DNA of 51,749 nt, filler included, from Sphacelaria rigidula (Eukaryota), in NCBI GenBank assembly GCA_964200075.2. It is 3 parts of 3 records of this genome, joined end to end, with 100 filler letters (N's around TTAATTAATTAA, not from the genome) between each part and the next. Parts side by side here need not be neighbours in the genome. Positions count along the whole stretch, not along the records: positions 34,577 to 51,749 come from CAXNAA020001152.1; 2 more parts are not named here. One strand, given 5' to 3'. How positions within the stretch are numbered: position 1 is the first letter of the stretch; each line of letters starts with the position of its first letter. Of this stretch, positions 48,701 through 51,749 are shown piece after piece. A model generated the notes under the pieces. The model searched no databases, was not told the origin of the DNA, and was given only the letters and a program-made list of their open reading frames with translations. A program made the position numbers and the translations under genes.

Positions 48701-51517
48701 AGAAGCTAGGGAGCAAGAACGTGCTGCTCTCGGAACTCGTGGTGATGGTGCGACGACATCTTGCGATACCGGTGCAGAGCTAGGACAGACACGTTCCATT
48801 CTGTTTCCGTCGCTATCGACCTCCCCGCTCGACGAAGATTGCATGGAAGCACCGCGGGGTCCGTCAGTAGCGTTTCCGAACAAAAGCAGCTTCGACTTGG
48901 CCGAAGAAAGTAGTTCTCACTCTACAAACCAGCGACGTAGCTCCCCCGTTATTATCGCCACCCAACCACCGGACATGGGGGACGTAGAAGGTAAGGCGAA
49001 GAAAGTTGCAATCATCCTTTCCGAGAGTCTGGTGCAAGCCACCCCAGCGAAGTCCCTCGATCCGCCTGGAGTACGAGTACAGAAGCCGCAGGAGCAGTCC
49101 GTGCAGCTGCATCACGAAGGAGATCAAGTAGGCAAACGATGTAGCAGGGACGTTGGCGTTGCTGCCGTAATAGATGGCCGTAGTAGTGGCGGTCTCGCCT
49201 CTGTCAACGAGTCGGAAGGAACGCCAGCTAATAATAAAATCACTTCTGCGCCGACTGTACCAAAATCGAGCGTGCATCAGCCGTCACTGCCTGAACCACA
49301 GACTCGGGAGGCTGTACCAACACAGCAAACGCACAAGAGACCAACTACAGCCATGGAGGGGGGCGGTGGCACCGATCATTTTGATAGGGTCTCGTCAATG
49401 GGATCACGATCCAGTACAGTGGCAAGATTTCACGAAAGCGATACCAATCGACGGCGACGCAGCCACCGCGGCGGACGAGGGAAAAGATCCGTGGTGACGG
49501 CAGGGGAAGGTTCGGATGGTGGGAACAACTCAGCCAAGGTGGACATCGAGTGGGAGAACGAGATTGCGAGAAATATCTTGAGCCTCTACCAAACGAGACT
49601 CAGGGTTGGAATGGCCGAGAAGAGAGGAACCATGGAGGAGGAGTCAGACGTGAGAAGCTAGTACGAAGGTTCGATGTCATGGTCGATACTCAGCGGCGCA
49701 AGACTAGCCCTTGGGTTATTTTTTTTACGGGTTTTGAATGATGAAATTGTAGGGCCAACATACCCTAATATCTCCCCCGTGGCCGCCATTTTGTACGTTT
49801 ACCAAAACAGAAGGGACTTGAACAGAGGCGAATGCTACACGAAAAACAGTTTGTCCATGTTTCCCTGTTATTTCTAAGTCTCTCTTCTACCGTCTCCTGT
49901 CAACCCCTGCCACTACAGCGAGCTGCTATCGGATACCGCATCAAACGTTAAACGGCACCTAACATCTGATCTCGCGCTTGTGTGTGTTGTCACTAATGCC
50001 TGCTGTGTGGCTTGCTCTCGGAACACCGACTTCCCCTGTTTCGCGAAACCAAAGGATGTCACTCCCGGTTATCAAACTTTAGACGAGGAGGAAGCCCTGG
50101 CAGAAGAACACGCTCACACGATGAGAAATAACTTACTCGCTTCTCCATCTCGCACGACGAGTCACACAAGGAGTCCCGAACCCCGCCATCGCAGCCTCAG
50201 TCGCGTCTCCGGCAACGGGAAGCATTCAGCCAGGCGGTCGCCGGCCTCCTCCACGATGCGCTCGAAAAATCGTCCTCTTACGTCTGCTGCCCGGTTCCTC
50301 GGCAATGATGTAAACAACGGAACAACTCTCCCAGTATCAGCGCGGGGTCAGCAGGATTTGGCCGCGGGGGGCGGTGGGGCCGGCAGGAACGGGAGTAACA
50401 GAAGCAACGGCACTCATGATGTCGTTCGTTTGACCACGACCGCGCCGACTGCATCCGACACAACAGGAAAGATACAGGCGCGAGACGGACCTCGTGTCAC
50501 CCCTGCGACCGCCGCCACTGTCTGCAGAAAACAAACGCCCACGCTTACCCCAACAAGAAAACGCAGGACCGCGAGCAGCGGACGGTGTCGCGAACGCTAT
50601 CCGAATTCGCCTGGAAGACCGTCGACAGTCGCAGCAGTCTCCGGTAGCAAGTGCACCAGCGGCACCACTGCAGCAAGAAACGTGCCGGCTACCGCCAGGG
50701 CGGGGGGAGGGACAGCGGCAGGAAGGGGAGGATTCCGCGGCAACACGACGATCTCGGTGCCCACGCGCGGAGGAGGGGAAGTGGTCGTAATTGTGCCGAA
50801 GAGGCCGAGCCCGATCTGGTTCGCCGGAAGCGGTGCGGTCCAAGCGGAGTGGTCGGCGCTGCCGGGGGGCGCGCGAGTCGTGAGGGACCTTGAAGGACTA
50901 GAGGAGCAGGGGAGGTGAGGTGTTCCTTGGCAAGGGTATGCGTAAGTAGCTGTACATGATTGCTTCGTCGAGTTTGTGTTGCGGTTCACCTGCTACATAG
51001 GTGCACGTGTAGTTATTACCTAGCTGTAGACCGTGGTTTGAACACATCTATCTTATCGCTTGTTGATGTTCATGTGCTGCACAGGACCGCATTTCAGTGC
51101 CTACGCGTGCGATATGTTCTCAACCACGTATCGTCTGTGGTGTGTGTCCCTATGCGTTGCTGTTGCTATTTTTATCTTTAGACCCACAGCGGCTGTGTGA
51201 CCCAACACTGAACTCATCACATATCTCTTTTCGTGCGTTGCTTTACTGTATCAGTATTCCCTGCCCCATGCCGCGCCAAGGCTGCCCAGCATAGCTGGTG
51301 ATGCACGTTGCTTCCTGCCTCCCCCTTGGCGCCAAACGGTGATGCACGGTGCTCCGTCTCGAAAGGGATGCGTGGTCAATGGTCAAATGACTAAGGCAAG
51401 CAACAAATGAGTACGCCCCCCCCCCTTGGCGCCAAACAAAACGCTTCAGGTACTCCAAGTATGTGGCGGTGGTTGAAGGGCTTCTCGTCGCCCACTTACG
51501 TGCAGACGACCTCCGAG
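45766..51517 (+). CDS. Uncharacterised large, mostly low-complexity protein, 3'-incomplete. Exons 45766-45777, 47344-48258, ~48651-49649, 50055-50914, 51450-51517
   Basis: ATGGACAAAAGC|gtgagt joins in phase 0 to cacacag|GGATTG. Three long ORFs (317, 340, 312 aa) end at in-phase donors. A phase-2 join gives LEEQGR|YSKYVAVVEGLL. The acceptor of exon 3 is uncertain. Confidence 0.7.
45887..46733. mobile_element. PIF/Harbinger-like MITE in intron 1 of the + strand gene
   Basis: tta|ggccgtttcttccggtt ... aaccggaagaaacggcc|taa (17-bp perfect TIR, TWA-type flanks). About 46545-46690 is homologous to the right arm of the 19165-19648 element. Confidence 0.75.
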
Positions 51518-51635
51518 GTACGGACGCCGGACATGATTGCTGATTCTCCCAATGTCCTCATGTCCCCCCATACATACCCCTCGCCCCCCCTATCCCCTTA
51601 TGGTGAGACACCCATGAGGCAGTGTATAAGACGTG

Positions 51636-51749
51636 GCTGTCTCTGGAAGTGGCGATGCCCGACAAAAACGCAACTCATTGTAGGCTGTCATCCAAATGTA
51701 AGAGAATCAGTAGGCTTCGGGCCGAACAATCTTACCAGGATGCAGCTCA
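51636..51749 (-). repeat. Dispersed ~265-bp repeat, copy 3 (inverted, truncated by window end)
   Basis: ggctgtctctggaagtggcg...caatcttaccaggatgcagctca is a reverse-complement homolog of 5870-5984. Confidence 0.8.

Overview
Eukaryotic, intron-rich, repeat-dense genomic DNA. The splice patterns, RTE LINE, chromodomain-bearing Gypsy remnant and HRDLSLEN kinase resemble brown algae/stramenopiles (inference, not verified). The six-frame ORF track is largely uninformative, so genes were rebuilt by hand from GT-AG boundaries and codon phase. Four gene models result. (1) A + strand secreted/cell-surface Cys-rich gene (about 1994-7168, possibly to 11972) whose introns are all phase 1, with a signal peptide, an acidic Thr/Pro repeat stalk, a hevein-like knottin split over two 90-nt exons, and a candidate C-terminal TM exon. 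(2) A low-confidence - strand membrane-protein gene or pseudogene (12328-14462). (3) A complete 6-exon - strand CAMK-like Ser/Thr kinase (40037-43537). (4) A + strand uncharacterised gene running off the window (45766 to beyond 51517). Between them lie a decayed RTE LINE, a probable heavily decayed Penelope-like retroelement, an internally deleted Gypsy element, a tRNA-like/SINE head and many non-autonomous TIR elements. Several of these have readable TSDs (4-bp Sola-like, 3-bp Harbinger-like, TTAA piggyBac-like), and one set forms a three-level nest. There are four assembly gaps.
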